A stretch of DNA of 63,839 bases, filler included, from Actinomycetota bacterium (GCA_009886115.1; 4 parts of 4 records of this genome joined end to end with filler, not necessarily neighbours in it), one strand, 5' to 3'. Counted from the first letter of the whole stretch, positions 19,486 to 29,799 are shown. Numbers and translations: made by a program. The notes: generated by a model not told the origin, from the letters alone.

Positions 19486-20050
19486 ATGAGCTTCACGGAT
19501 CGTCCGCTCTGTGTGGCCCCGGGGTCGGGAGTCGTTGCCCGTCACGGTTCGGCCGTGTTGGCGGCCTTCGACGGTGGCGACGAGCGCGTCCTCGACCTCC
19601 TGATCGAGATCGTGCGCGAGGTCGGCATGGACGCCGCACCCGGGCGCCGACTCGGTCGGAAGATCGCCGCGGTGCTGGGTCAGGAGGAATCCGACGCCGT
19701 CCCCCCGTTCTGTGCCTTCGCTCCCACGGCCGACGGCTTGGCTGTGATCGTGGGTGGTGGCGCCGAGTTGTCGGTGGAAACGAGCGGCGGGACCGTCGTG
19801 CTCGACGGCCGGGACGCCGCGACCTGGGTCGACCGCATCATGACGGGAACCTACGGCCAGGTCCAGGCGCGTCCCGCCGGCGCTTCGCTGCCTGCGCCGA
19901 ACAAGCGATTCGACCTGCGGACCGGGGTCCAGACCGGCGGCGGGGTGACCCTGCTCGCGCTCGACGGGTCGTTGGCCGCCGCGCCGGTGGTGGAGCTGGC
20001 CGAGACCCCCCATGAGCCCGAGCACGAGGAGCCCGAGCACGACGCTGCGC
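19486..20050 (+). CDS. Hypothetical protein, 5' part (possibly N-terminus of an FHA-domain protein), cut by gap
   Basis: Open to contig end; N-terminus recalls actinobacterial FHA proteins but no FHA domain is visible. Confidence 0.55.
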
Positions 20051-20150
20051 NNNNNNNNNNNNNNNNNNNNNNNNNNNNNNNNNNNNNNNNNNNNTTAATT
20101 AATTAANNNNNNNNNNNNNNNNNNNNNNNNNNNNNNNNNNNNNNNNNNNN
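20051..20150. other. Assembly linker (N-run with TTAATTAATTAA)
   Basis: 100-nt artificial spacer. Confidence 0.99.
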
Positions 20151-20284
20151 AGCGCTTCGAACTCGGCGGTGGCTTGGCGGGCCCGAGCGGTGAGCTGATC
20201 GACGAGCTGCCAGGCCTGGCGCAACGCATCGCCGGTGGCCGGTATCTCGAGTGTCTCGACCGCCCCCCGCAATGCCCCGAACAT
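20151..20284 (-). CDS. DUF222/HNH-like protein, 5' fragment cut by gap
   Basis: MFGALRGAVETLEIPATGDALRQAWQLVDQLTAR..; start overlaps a LexA box, as is typical of this family. Confidence 0.6.
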
Positions 20285-20292
20285 ATGTTCGA
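20277..20292. promoter_or_regulatory. LexA SOS box
   Basis: CCGAACATATGTTCGA matches actinobacterial TCGAAC-N4-GTTCGA at 11 of 12 specified bases. Confidence 0.8.
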
Positions 20293-20463
20293 TGATACCA
20301 GAATCCCCAGCAAACACAATGGAAATCGGGTGAGGTACTGGGGTGCGGCTCCCCTGGATCCGGTCGGCTCCCATACCGTCGATCCAGGCCCGGAGATGCT
20401 CGAGTTCCAGGATGCAACCGGGCCGGGATGGCGTCACCTCGTGTCGCCTGAAGGGAGCTCCGG

Positions 20464-21645
20464 CTACCGGGGCTCTCGCGGGAGGCCGAGGAGACGCTCA
20501 CCGATCACGTTGCGCTGGATCTCGGTGGTGCCGCCCATGATCGAGTTGGCCCGGGTCGACAAGAGACCGTGCGCCCAGCGTCCCCGATCGATGCCGCGGT
20601 CGTCACCGGGCGAGCCGGGCGAGCCGGGCGAACCGGGCATGAGGAGCGCGGCGGGCCCGAGCAGGGCGACGGCCGTCTCGTGGAGCCGCTGGCTGGCGCC
20701 CGTCCAGAACAGCTTCACGAGGCTCGACTCGGGCCCGATCTCCTCGCCCCGCATCAAGCGGGCCAAGGTGCGCTCGTTGTGCAGGCGGAAGATCTCGACG
20801 TCGATCCAGGACCGGGCGAGCCGTTGGCGTACGAGCGGATCGCCGAGCTGGCCCACGCGGGCACAGGCCTGGGTCAGCAGCTCCAGCGACACCGTCAGGA
20901 GCACCTGCTCCTTCCACACGAACGATGCGCCGCGTTCGTTGACGAGCGTCGTGCCGGCCACCAGCCAGCCCTGGTTCTCGGGGCCGATGAGGTTCTCGAC
21001 CGGCACTTCCACCCCGTCGAGGAAGACCTCGTTGAACTCGGCGTCGCCGGTGATCTGGCGCAGCGGACGCACGTCGACACCCTTGGCGTGCATGGGGATC
21101 GCCAGCATCGAGATTCCCTTGTGCGGGGCCACGTCGCCGTCGGTTCGCACCAGCGCGATACCCCAGTCGGCGAAGCTCGCGTACGACGACCACACCTTCT
21201 GACCGGTGACGACGTAGACCCCGGCGCGCCGCTCGGCCCGCGTCGACAGGCCAGCCAGATCGCTCCCGGCCCCGGGCTCGCTGAACAGCTGGCACCACAG
21301 GTCGTCGGCGGCGAGGATCCGCGGCATCCACCGTACGCGCTGATCCTCGGTGCCGTGCGCCATCAGGGTCGGCCCGACGAGGCTCACGCCGGCGCGTCCC
21401 GGGATCGGCGGGGCGTCGACGCGGGCGAGCTCCTGGTTGTAGATCGCGACCTGCGTGAGCGACGCGCCCCGGCCGCCGTACTCGACCGGCCACTGGACGC
21501 CCACCCAGCGCCCCGAGTGCAGCGTGCGCTGCCAGTGCCGCAGCGTTTGCGCCTCCTCGGACGTGGCCGCGACGACGATCCCCGGTGGCGGGTGCTCCAG
21601 GAGCCAGGTGCGCAGCTCGTCGCGGAACCGCTCGTCGGGGGTCAT
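20464..21645 (-). CDS. Acyl-CoA dehydrogenase family protein
   Basis: WPVEYGGRG, WCQLFSEPGAGSDL, GQKVWSS, FNEVFLD, IMGGTTEIQRNVIGER. Confidence 0.95.
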   Translation of the reverse strand: MTPDERFRDELRTWLLEHPPPGIVVAATSEEAQTLRHWQRTLHSGRWVGVQWPVEYGGRGASLTQVAIYNQELARVDAPPIPGRAGVSLVGPTLMAHGTEDQRVRWMPRILAADDLWCQLFSEPGAGSDLAGLSTRAERRAGVYVVTGQKVWSSYASFADWGIALVRTDGDVAPHKGISMLAIPMHAKGVDVRPLRQITGDAEFNEVFLDGVEVPVENLIGPENQGWLVAGTTLVNERGASFVWKEQVLLTVSLELLTQACARVGQLGDPLVRQRLARSWIDVEIFRLHNERTLARLMRGEEIGPESSLVKLFWTGASQRLHETAVALLGPAALLMPGSPGSPGSPGDDRGIDRGRWAHGLLSTRANSIMGGTTEIQRNVIGERLLGLPREPR

Positions 21646-21769
21646 GTCGAGGTCCCTGCTCGGGGGAACGGGTCCGGGGTCGCCGCTTGACCGCGGAAAC
21701 ATCATTGGAGAATAGTGAGAGGGTGATTCCCGGCGTCGACTCCCGCGACATCGTCGATCCCGGTCGCTG

Positions 21770-22567
21770 ATGGCCGAGCTCACCGGGAAGGTCGCCATCG
21801 TCACCGGCGGCGGGAGCGGGATCGGCCGGGCGACCGCCGAGTTGTTCGTGGACGAGGGCGCGCGGGTCGTCATCGCCGACGTCGACGCTGAGCGGGGCGA
21901 GGAGACGGCCGAGGCGCTCGGTCCGGCGGCGGCCTTCAAGGCGACCGACGTGGCCGACGCCGACGCGGTGCAGGAGCTCGTCGACTTCGCCGTCGCCCGG
22001 TTCGGCGGTCTGCACGTGATGTTCAACAACGCCGGGATCTCGGGCTCGATGCACCGCAGCTTCCTCGACGACGAGCTGCACGACTTCTCGCGCGTCATGG
22101 GCGTGAACCTCTTCGGTGTCATGGTCGGGAGCCAGCGCGCGGCGCGGCACATGGCCGGCCACGGTGGCGGCTCGATCATCAACACGTCGTCGATCGCGGC
22201 GATCAACGCCGGCGGTGGGGTGATGACCTACCGCGCGTCGAAGGCCGCTGTCATCCACTTCAGCACGTCGATCGCCGTCGACCTGGCCGAGCACGGGATT
22301 CGCGTGAACTGCATCGCGCCGGGCCACATCGCCACGCCGATGACCTCCTACGACATGACCCAGGTCATCCGTCGCACCCAACCGCTGCAGCGACACGGCT
22401 CGCCGGTCGACGTTGCGCAGGCCGTCCTGTATCTCGCCAGTGAACGCTCGGCGCAGATCACCGGGATCGTGCTCCCTGTCGACGGCGGGACGACCGCCGG
22501 CCCGCCGATCCCCCGGCGCGAGGTCCGTCGCGAGCCCGATCGGGAGGGCAGCGCTGGTGGCGGCTGA
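21770..22567 (+). CDS. SDR oxidoreductase
   Basis: TGGGSGIG, NNAG, YRASK. Confidence 0.95.
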   Translation: MAELTGKVAIVTGGGSGIGRATAELFVDEGARVVIADVDAERGEETAEALGPAAAFKATDVADADAVQELVDFAVARFGGLHVMFNNAGISGSMHRSFLDDELHDFSRVMGVNLFGVMVGSQRAARHMAGHGGGSIINTSSIAAINAGGGVMTYRASKAAVIHFSTSIAVDLAEHGIRVNCIAPGHIATPMTSYDMTQVIRRTQPLQRHGSPVDVAQAVLYLASERSAQITGIVLPVDGGTTAGPPIPRREVRREPDREGSAGGG

Positions 22568-24209
22568 TCTCGTCATCCGCGGCGGGACCGTGTTCGACGG
22601 CAGCGGCGGGCCCGGGCGTCGATCCGACGTGGCCATCGCCGGGGGTGTCGTCCAAGAGATCGGGCCGAACCTGCGGGGTCGGCATGTGCTCGACGCATCG
22701 GGCTGTGCCGTCGCGCCCGGCTTCATCGACATCCACACCCACTACGACGCGCAGGTGTTCTGGGATCCGGCCCTTCGGCCGACGTCGTGTCACGGTGTCA
22801 CAACGGTGGTCGCGGGGAACTGCGGCTTCTCGATCGCGCCGACCCGTCCCGAGCACCGCGACGTGATCGCCCGCACGCTCGAGAACGTCGAGGACATGAA
22901 CGGGGCTTCCCTCGCCGAGGGCATCCCGTGGGACTTCGAGAGCCACCCGGAGTATCTCGAGTCGGTGCGCCGGCGCGGGACGGTCCTGAACTTCACGGCG
23001 TACGTCGGGCACAGCGCGGTCCGGCTCTCGGTGATGGGCGACGCGGCGTACGAGAGAGCGGCGACGCCCGACGAGATCGAGCGTATGGGACGGGTCGTGG
23101 TCGAGGCGATCGACGCCGGAGCCGCCGGGTTCTCCACCAGCTTCGCGTTCACGCACCGCGGCATGGACGGCCTGCCGGTCCCGAGTCGTTTCGCCGAGCG
23201 CGACGAGGTCGAGGCCTTGTTCCTGGCGGCCGGCAACACGGGCAAGGGCGCGGTGCTGGCCACCGCCGGCCCGCAATGCACCTACGCCGACATGTACGAG
23301 CTGGCGCCTCGCATCGGGCGGCCGCTGCTGTACCCGCTGTTCGCCATCCCCGGCGGGAGACACCACCACCAACTCGAGCTGCACGCGCAGGGCATCGCCC
23401 ACGGTGTGCAGGTCTGGCCCCAGGTCACGCCGCGTCCGCTCACGATGCAGTTCACGATGGCCGACCCGTTCAGCCTCAACGTGGGCGCGTTGTTCGGCGA
23501 CCTGATGCAACGCAGCCGCGAGGAACGGATCACCGCCTACCGCGATCCCCGCTGGCGCCAACGAGCGGTCGCCGACCTCGAACAGGTGTCGATGAAGCCG
23601 CGCTGGGAGACCTGCGAGGTCTCCCAGTCGGAGCGATTCCACGAGCTCGAAGGCCGAAGCGTCGACGAGCTGGCCCGCGAGCGCGGCACCGGCCCGCTCG
23701 ACGTGATGTGCGAGCTGGCGCTGGCCGAGGACCTCACGACGCGCTTTCGCATCTCGATCGCCAACGACGACATCGAAGCGGTCGGTCACCTGCTCACCCT
23801 CGGGCAGACGGTGCTGGGCTTGTCGGATGCGGGAGCGCACCTCGGGCAGCTCTGCGACGCGCCGCTGTACACCGACCTGCTCGGCACCTGGGTGCGCGAG
23901 CGCGAGCTCATGCCGCTCGAGCGGGCCGTCCGCAAGATGAGCGGCGAAGCAGCCGACATCTTCGGCTTCGTGCGCCGGGGCTATCTGCGTGAGGGTCACT
24001 GGGCCGACGTGTGCGTGTTCGATCCGCAGACCGTGGGCCCCGGGCCCGTGCGTCGCGTCCGCGACTTCCCGGCCGACGCCGAACGTCTCACCGCCGAGGA
24101 ACCCACCGGCGTGCGGCACGTGCTCGTCAACGGGACGCCCATCCGCATCGACGAGGTCCAGCTCGACGCGCCCGAGCTCCGTCCCGGCACCCGACCCGCG
24201 ATGGCCTGA
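22557..24209 (+). CDS. N-acyl-D-amino-acid deacylase family amidohydrolase
   Basis: PGFIDIHTHYDAQ, GVTTVVAGNCG, SDAGAH. Confidence 0.9.
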   Translation: MAADLVIRGGTVFDGSGGPGRRSDVAIAGGVVQEIGPNLRGRHVLDASGCAVAPGFIDIHTHYDAQVFWDPALRPTSCHGVTTVVAGNCGFSIAPTRPEHRDVIARTLENVEDMNGASLAEGIPWDFESHPEYLESVRRRGTVLNFTAYVGHSAVRLSVMGDAAYERAATPDEIERMGRVVVEAIDAGAAGFSTSFAFTHRGMDGLPVPSRFAERDEVEALFLAAGNTGKGAVLATAGPQCTYADMYELAPRIGRPLLYPLFAIPGGRHHHQLELHAQGIAHGVQVWPQVTPRPLTMQFTMADPFSLNVGALFGDLMQRSREERITAYRDPRWRQRAVADLEQVSMKPRWETCEVSQSERFHELEGRSVDELARERGTGPLDVMCELALAEDLTTRFRISIANDDIEAVGHLLTLGQTVLGLSDAGAHLGQLCDAPLYTDLLGTWVRERELMPLERAVRKMSGEAADIFGFVRRGYLREGHWADVCVFDPQTVGPGPVRRVRDFPADAERLTAEEPTGVRHVLVNGTPIRIDEVQLDAPELRPGTRPAMA

Positions 24210-24391
24210 CGGCGCGGTTCGGGCCCGGTCGAGCTCAGCGCACAGGCTTCGACGAAGGCGGGGCGTGAGCCTCGACGGACCGGCCGGCTCGGTGACCCGG
24301 CCGGGAGCGTTCGGGAAGTTGGCGCACCGGTGGCCCCGATGTCACAGTCGCGGCGTCGGGTGAAGAACGTGCCATCGGGAGGAGCGTCGGC

Positions 24392-25132
24392 GTGGGGTTG
24401 TTGGACGGCAAGGTCGCGGTGATCACCGGCGCCGGATCCGGCATGGCGAAGGCCTCGGTGCAGATCTTCGTGCGCGAGGGTGCCCGGGTCGTCGCGGCCG
24501 ACATCAGCGGCGCCGAGGAGGACACCGCCGCCGAGGTGGGCACGGGCGTGCTGGCCGTCCACTGCGACGTCACACGCGAGGCCGACGTCGAGGCCATGAT
24601 CCGCAGCGCCGTCGAGGAGTTCGGCCGCATCGACGCCCTGCTGAACGTCGCCGGCATCGCCGAGGGCGTCATGCTCACCGACGTCACCATGGAGCACTAC
24701 GACCGCACGATGGACATCGACCTGCGGGGCGTCCTCCTCGGGCTCAAGCACGGCATCCGGGCCATGGTCGCGGCCGGCAACGGCGGAGCGATCGTGAACT
24801 GGTCGTCGATCGGCGGCCTCAACGGGTCGATGGCCACGAGCGTCTACGCAGCCGCCAAGGCGGGCGTGATCGCGATGACCAAGGTGGCGGCCGTCGAGTA
24901 CGGGCGCAAGGGCATCCGCGTCAACGCGATCTGCCCGGGATTCATCCAGACCGAGATCATGGGCGCAACGCTCGACCAGCGTCCCGACGCCTGGGAGAAG
25001 ACGCCGCTGCGACGCCTGGGCCAGCCGAACGAGGTCGCGGAGCTCGCGGCGTTCCTGGTGTCCGACCGCGCGTCGTTCGTCACCGGTGCTGTCATCCCGG
25101 TCGACGGCGGTCGCAGCGCACTGTTGGCCTGA
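24392..25132 (+). CDS. SDR oxidoreductase
   Basis: TGAGSGMA, NVAG, YAAAK. Confidence 0.95.
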   Translation: MGLLDGKVAVITGAGSGMAKASVQIFVREGARVVAADISGAEEDTAAEVGTGVLAVHCDVTREADVEAMIRSAVEEFGRIDALLNVAGIAEGVMLTDVTMEHYDRTMDIDLRGVLLGLKHGIRAMVAAGNGGAIVNWSSIGGLNGSMATSVYAAAKAGVIAMTKVAAVEYGRKGIRVNAICPGFIQTEIMGATLDQRPDAWEKTPLRRLGQPNEVAELAAFLVSDRASFVTGAVIPVDGGRSALLA

Positions 25133-25141
25133 GTGACCCGG

Positions 25142-25213
25142 GTGTTCCGAGTGTTCCGAGTGTTCCGAGTGTTCCGAGTGTTCCGAGTGTTCCGAGTGTT
25201 CCGGGTGTTCCGA
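25142..25213. repeat. 9-bp tandem repeat GTGTTCCGA x8
   Basis: Read directly; no spacers. Confidence 0.95.
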
Positions 25214-25248
25214 CTCGCCGGCGTGATCCGAGCCTCGATGTCGCCCGC

Positions 25249-27618
25249 ATGACCTCCGACCTCAGCTTCGGCGCCGCCCGCTACGTGGGGGCACGCGTTG
25301 CTCGCGTCGAGGACGCCCGCCTCGTCGCCGGGCGAGGAACGTTCGTCGACGACATCGTGCTCCCCGGGATGTTGCATGCGTGCTTCGTCCGCAGCCCCTT
25401 CGCCCGAGCCGGGATCCGATCGATCGACACGTCGGCTGCGCTCGCGGTGGCCGGGGTGCGTTTCGTGTTCACCGCGGCCGACCTGAACCCCGCGGTCAAG
25501 GAGCAGTGGCACACGTCGATCGGTCGGGCGGGCCCCGAGACACCGCGGCCGCCCCTCGCCGACGACCAGGTCCGTTTCGTCGGTGACGCCGTGGCGCTGG
25601 TGGTGGCCGAGAGCCGTGCCGTCGCCGAGGACGCGGCCGAGCTCGTCGACGTCGACTACGAGCCGTGGCCCGCGGTCGTCGACTACACGACGGCCGAGCA
25701 CGACGCCACGCTCGTGCACGAGCGCCACGGTTCCAACGTCGTCGGAACGATCACGGGTCGTCTCCTCTCGGCCATCGAAGATGCGCTCGCCTCGGCCGCG
25801 TACGTGGTGCGCGAGACGATCCACCAGCAGGCGTGCACGCCAGCGCCGATGGAAGGTCGGGCCCTGATCGTCGACCACACGGCCGCAACCGGTGAGCTCA
25901 CGATCCACGCGGCCACGCAGGCGCCGCACGACGTGCGCTTGTTCTGCTCACGTCTGCTCGGCCTGCCCGAGCATCGCATCCGCGTCATCGCGCGCGACAC
26001 GGGTGGTGGCTTCGGCCAGAAGGTGCTCGTGCAGCGCGACGAGATGTGCCTGATGCTCGCGGCGCCGAAGGTGGGCGCGCCGCTGAAGTGGGTCGAGGAG
26101 CGCCGCGAGAACCTGCTCGCCGCGGGCCAGTCGCGTCACGAGCACGGCACGGCGACGCTGGCGTTCGACGGGGACGGCGCGATCGAGGCCGCGTACCTCG
26201 ATTTCGTCGCCGATTGCGGCGCCTACCCGACGCCCTGGCCGGTGAACACCGCGGCTGCGGTGGGCATGCTGTTCCCGGGTCCGTACCGGGTGGCGCGGGC
26301 GGGCTTCTCGGCCACGTCGATCTACACCAACACGGTGGGACGGGCGGCGTACCGCGGGCCGTGGCAGTTCGAGTCGCTGGCTCGCGAGGTGATGCTCGAC
26401 ATCGCCGCTCGCCGCATGGGCATCGACCCGGCCGAGCTTCGGCGCCGCAACCTGCTGCGCCGCGACGAGCTGCCGTACCGCAACCCGAACGGCATGACGT
26501 ACGACCGCATCTCCCCGCTCGACACGTTCGAGCAGGCGCTCGCCGCGCTCGACTACGAGTCGTTCCGCTCCGAGCAGGGAGCGGCCCGCGCCGCCGGCCG
26601 CTACCTCGGCGTCGGGATGTCGAGCTACGTCGAGCCGTCGACACCGGGCTCCGGCAGCTACGGCACCGAGGCCGCCACGATCCGCATCGAGCCGTCGGGC
26701 ACGGTCAACGTGTACATCGCCGGCGGCTCCACCGGCAACAGCCTCGAGACGACCGTGGTGCAGCTGACGGCCGACGCGCTCGGCGTGCTGATCGAGGACG
26801 TCAACACGATCCAGGGCGACACCGCGCTCACCGGCTTCGGCGCGGGTACGGCGGGCAGTCGCAGCGCTTCGATGACCGCGGGGGCCGTACTCGAGACCGC
26901 GACCATCCTGCGGGACCGCATCCGCGCCATCGCGGCGCACCGCCTCGAGGCGGCCATCGACGACATCGAGCTCGGCGACAGCCGCGCCACCGTGCGCGGC
27001 TCGCCGGCGGTGGGCATCTCGCTGGCGGAGATCGCCGCGCTCGCGTACTTCGAGCCGCGCGCGCTGCCGGCCGGTGTGCCGGCCGGGCTCGAGGCGAGCG
27101 CCCGGTACAGCGCGACGAGCGCGTCGATCTGGGTGAACGCCGCCCACGTGTGCACGTGCGAGGTCGACGTGATGACCGGTCGGGTCGAGCTCCTGCGCTA
27201 CATCGTGAGCGAGGACTGCGGACCGATGATCAACCCCGACGTGGTGGAGGGCCAGATCGCCGGCGGCGTGGCGCAGGGCATCGGCAACGCGCTCTACGAG
27301 CACCTGGCCTACGACGACGCCGGCACGCCGCTCGCCACGACGTTGGTCGACTACCTGGTGCCCTCGGCGGTGGAGGTGCCGGCTATCGAGCACTGGCGCA
27401 TCGAGACGCCCAGCCTCGGGCCCGGCGGCTTCAAGGGCGTCGGCGAAGGCGGCGCGATCGGGGCGCCGCCCGCCGTCGTGAACGCCGTGGCCGACGCGCT
27501 CGCGCCCTTCGGCATCACCCTGACGCGTCTACCGCTCACGCCGTCGAGCATCGTCGCGCTTCTCGACGAGGCGCGCCGGCACGATCGAACGGGGGAGCGC
27601 CCGCGGTCGCGCCGATAG
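25249..27618 (+). CDS. Xanthine dehydrogenase/CoxL family molybdopterin-binding subunit
   Basis: RVEDARLVAG, GGGFGQK, AYRGPW, AGSRS, GQIAGG, KGVGEGG. Confidence 0.93.
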   Translation: MTSDLSFGAARYVGARVARVEDARLVAGRGTFVDDIVLPGMLHACFVRSPFARAGIRSIDTSAALAVAGVRFVFTAADLNPAVKEQWHTSIGRAGPETPRPPLADDQVRFVGDAVALVVAESRAVAEDAAELVDVDYEPWPAVVDYTTAEHDATLVHERHGSNVVGTITGRLLSAIEDALASAAYVVRETIHQQACTPAPMEGRALIVDHTAATGELTIHAATQAPHDVRLFCSRLLGLPEHRIRVIARDTGGGFGQKVLVQRDEMCLMLAAPKVGAPLKWVEERRENLLAAGQSRHEHGTATLAFDGDGAIEAAYLDFVADCGAYPTPWPVNTAAAVGMLFPGPYRVARAGFSATSIYTNTVGRAAYRGPWQFESLAREVMLDIAARRMGIDPAELRRRNLLRRDELPYRNPNGMTYDRISPLDTFEQALAALDYESFRSEQGAARAAGRYLGVGMSSYVEPSTPGSGSYGTEAATIRIEPSGTVNVYIAGGSTGNSLETTVVQLTADALGVLIEDVNTIQGDTALTGFGAGTAGSRSASMTAGAVLETATILRDRIRAIAAHRLEAAIDDIELGDSRATVRGSPAVGISLAEIAALAYFEPRALPAGVPAGLEASARYSATSASIWVNAAHVCTCEVDVMTGRVELLRYIVSEDCGPMINPDVVEGQIAGGVAQGIGNALYEHLAYDDAGTPLATTLVDYLVPSAVEVPAIEHWRIETPSLGPGGFKGVGEGGAIGAPPAVVNAVADALAPFGITLTRLPLTPSSIVALLDEARRHDRTGERPRSRR

Positions 27619-27628
27619 ATTCTGCGCC

Positions 27629-28762
27629 GTGGAGGTCGAGACGTTCCGTCAGCACCTGGAGTCGTGGCTCGACGATCACGCAGCCGAGCTGGCGCCGGCG
27701 TTCCCCGGCGCGGGCACACTCGACCAGCAGATGACCCAACTCGCGAAGGTGAAGCGTCGGCTCTTCGACGCCGGTTGGATGCAGTGGGGCTGGCCCGAGC
27801 GAGCCGGCGGCACCGGGGGCAGCTCGCTCCTGCGAGCCGTCCTCGGGGAAGCGGTCACCGAGCGCGACCTGGTGCAGCCCGGATACTTCTCGATGACCGA
27901 GGTCCTCGCCCCCACGGTCGTCGACTTCGCGTCGCCCGAGCTGGCGGCAGCCTTCCTCCCCCGCATCCTGTCGGGCGACGAGATGTGGTGCCAGGGCTTC
28001 TCCGAGCCCGACACCGGCTCCGACCTCTCGTCGCTGTCGTGTCGGGCCACCCCCGACCGCGACGACTGGATCGTCAGCGGCCAGAAGCTCTGGACGTCCC
28101 TGGCGCAGCACTCGCGGCGCTGCGTGCTGCTCACCCGCACGGGGACGCCCGAGTCGCGCCACCGGGGCATCACCGCCTTCTTCGTCGACATGGACACCCC
28201 GGGCATCACCGTCCGCCCGTTCTCGATCATCAGCGGCGACGACGAGTTCGCCGAGGTGTACTTCGATGGCGTGAGGATCCCCGCCGATCGCATGCTGGGG
28301 ACGGTCGACGGCGGCTGGAACGTCGCCATGAGCCTCCTCCCGTACGAGCGCTCCTCGTGCTTCTGGCATCGCACCGCCTACCTGCGCGGTCGCCTCACGG
28401 CGCTCATCGAGCAGGTGGAGCCCGATCCCCACACCGAGACGGTCGTGGGCGAGGCCTTCGTTGCGCTGTACGCCCTGCGGGCCCGGTCCCACCGCACGCA
28501 GCACCGCCTCGCCGCCGGCCACGAGCTCGGTGCTGAGACGTCGGTCGACAAGGTGCTCGTGGCGGCGGCCGAGCAACGGCTCTTCGACGCGGCCCGTGAG
28601 CTCCTCCCCGCCGGGACCATCGAGCTGGCCGCCGACCCTGAGGCCCTGCGCTGGCGCGACAGCTTCCTCTACTCGCGCGCGGCCACCATCTACGGCGGCA
28701 CGGCCGAGATCCAGCGCAACATCATCGCCAAGCGCCTGCTCCATCTCGGAGACGACGTCTGA
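27629..28762 (+). CDS. Acyl-CoA dehydrogenase family protein
   Basis: WCQGFSEPDTGSDL, GQKLWTS, IYGGTAEIQRNII. Confidence 0.95.
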   Translation: MEVETFRQHLESWLDDHAAELAPAFPGAGTLDQQMTQLAKVKRRLFDAGWMQWGWPERAGGTGGSSLLRAVLGEAVTERDLVQPGYFSMTEVLAPTVVDFASPELAAAFLPRILSGDEMWCQGFSEPDTGSDLSSLSCRATPDRDDWIVSGQKLWTSLAQHSRRCVLLTRTGTPESRHRGITAFFVDMDTPGITVRPFSIISGDDEFAEVYFDGVRIPADRMLGTVDGGWNVAMSLLPYERSSCFWHRTAYLRGRLTALIEQVEPDPHTETVVGEAFVALYALRARSHRTQHRLAAGHELGAETSVDKVLVAAAEQRLFDAARELLPAGTIELAADPEALRWRDSFLYSRAATIYGGTAEIQRNIIAKRLLHLGDDV

Positions 28763-29724
28763 TGGACGGCTCCCTCGTCGACGACGCCGAACGCGATCTG
28801 CTGATCGCCACCGTGGCCCAGGGCCTCGCGAGCCGGCGCGGCGGCGACGGCTACGACGTGCTCGTCGAGCTGGGCTGGCACGACATGCTGGCGGCCGAGC
28901 CCCACACAGCGACGGCCGTCGTGTTCGACGCGCTGGGCCGCGCCAACGTGCGCTCGTCGTGCCTGGCCGACGTGATCGCCACGGCCCTGGGCCACGAGCC
29001 CGGGGTGGCCGTGATGCTCCCGGCCTACGGGACCGCCGTCGCCCCCGGCGTTCGCGGCGCGGCCGAAGGCCGTCAGGTCATCGTGGCCGGCCTGGCCCTC
29101 GCCAGCACCGTCGGAGCACCCACCGTGCTGGTGGCCTGTACAGACGGGCAGGCCGTCCTCGTGCGCACGACCGACCTGCGCCTCGAAGCCGTCTCGGGGA
29201 TCGACCCCTCGCTCGGTCTCCGCGTGGTGTCGGGCCGCGCCGAGCCGGTGGGCGAACCGGCGCCCGCCCCGTGGTCGGCGGCCGTCGACATCGCTCGGGT
29301 GGCGTTGGGCCACGAGATCACCGGGGCCTGCCGCACGATGCTCGATCTGGCGTGCGACCACGCCCGGGGCCGCATGCAGTTCGGACGGTCCATCGCGTCG
29401 TTCCAGGCCGTGCGCCACAAGCTGGCCGAGGTCCTCGTTGCGGTCGAGGCGGCGGAGGCTGCGCTCGATGCCGCCCACCACACGCCGTCGCCCGTCACGG
29501 CCGCGCTGGCCAAGGTGCTCGCCGGCCGAGCGGCGTCGGCAGCCGCGGTGCACTGCCAGCAGGTGCTGGCCGGGATCGGGTTCACCCGCGAGCACGAGCT
29601 CCACCGGTTCCTCCTCCGCACCATCGCCCTCGACGGGCTGTTCGGCTCGGCGCGCTCGCTCACCCGCGAGCTCGGTGCCGGTCTGCTGGCCGATCGGACG
29701 GTCCCTCGCGTCATCGACCTGTGA
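28762..29724 (+). CDS. Short acyl-CoA dehydrogenase-like subunit (likely heteromeric partner)
   Basis: RMQFGRSIASFQAVRHKLA, QVLAGIGFT; overlaps preceding stop. Confidence 0.88.
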   Translation: MDGSLVDDAERDLLIATVAQGLASRRGGDGYDVLVELGWHDMLAAEPHTATAVVFDALGRANVRSSCLADVIATALGHEPGVAVMLPAYGTAVAPGVRGAAEGRQVIVAGLALASTVGAPTVLVACTDGQAVLVRTTDLRLEAVSGIDPSLGLRVVSGRAEPVGEPAPAPWSAAVDIARVALGHEITGACRTMLDLACDHARGRMQFGRSIASFQAVRHKLAEVLVAVEAAEAALDAAHHTPSPVTAALAKVLAGRAASAAAVHCQQVLAGIGFTREHELHRFLLRTIALDGLFGSARSLTRELGAGLLADRTVPRVIDL

Positions 29725-29799
29725 CCTGTGAACCGTGCCCCGACACCCGACCGCCGAGACGCGACCGCCGACACTCGGCCGCCCACCGCCGATGATTGA

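Noticed and set aside
20051..20150. TTAATTAATTAA palindrome within N-runs (also 39513-39612 and 59631-59730)
   Set aside because: Artificial contig linker, identical at all three gaps; ORFs crossing it are not real.
25142..25213. Possible CRISPR array
   Set aside because: 9-bp units with no unique spacers and no cas genes; simple tandem repeat.
25249..27618. Aerobic CO dehydrogenase CoxL form I
   Set aside because: Lacks the AYxCSFR motif and neighbouring coxM/coxS.
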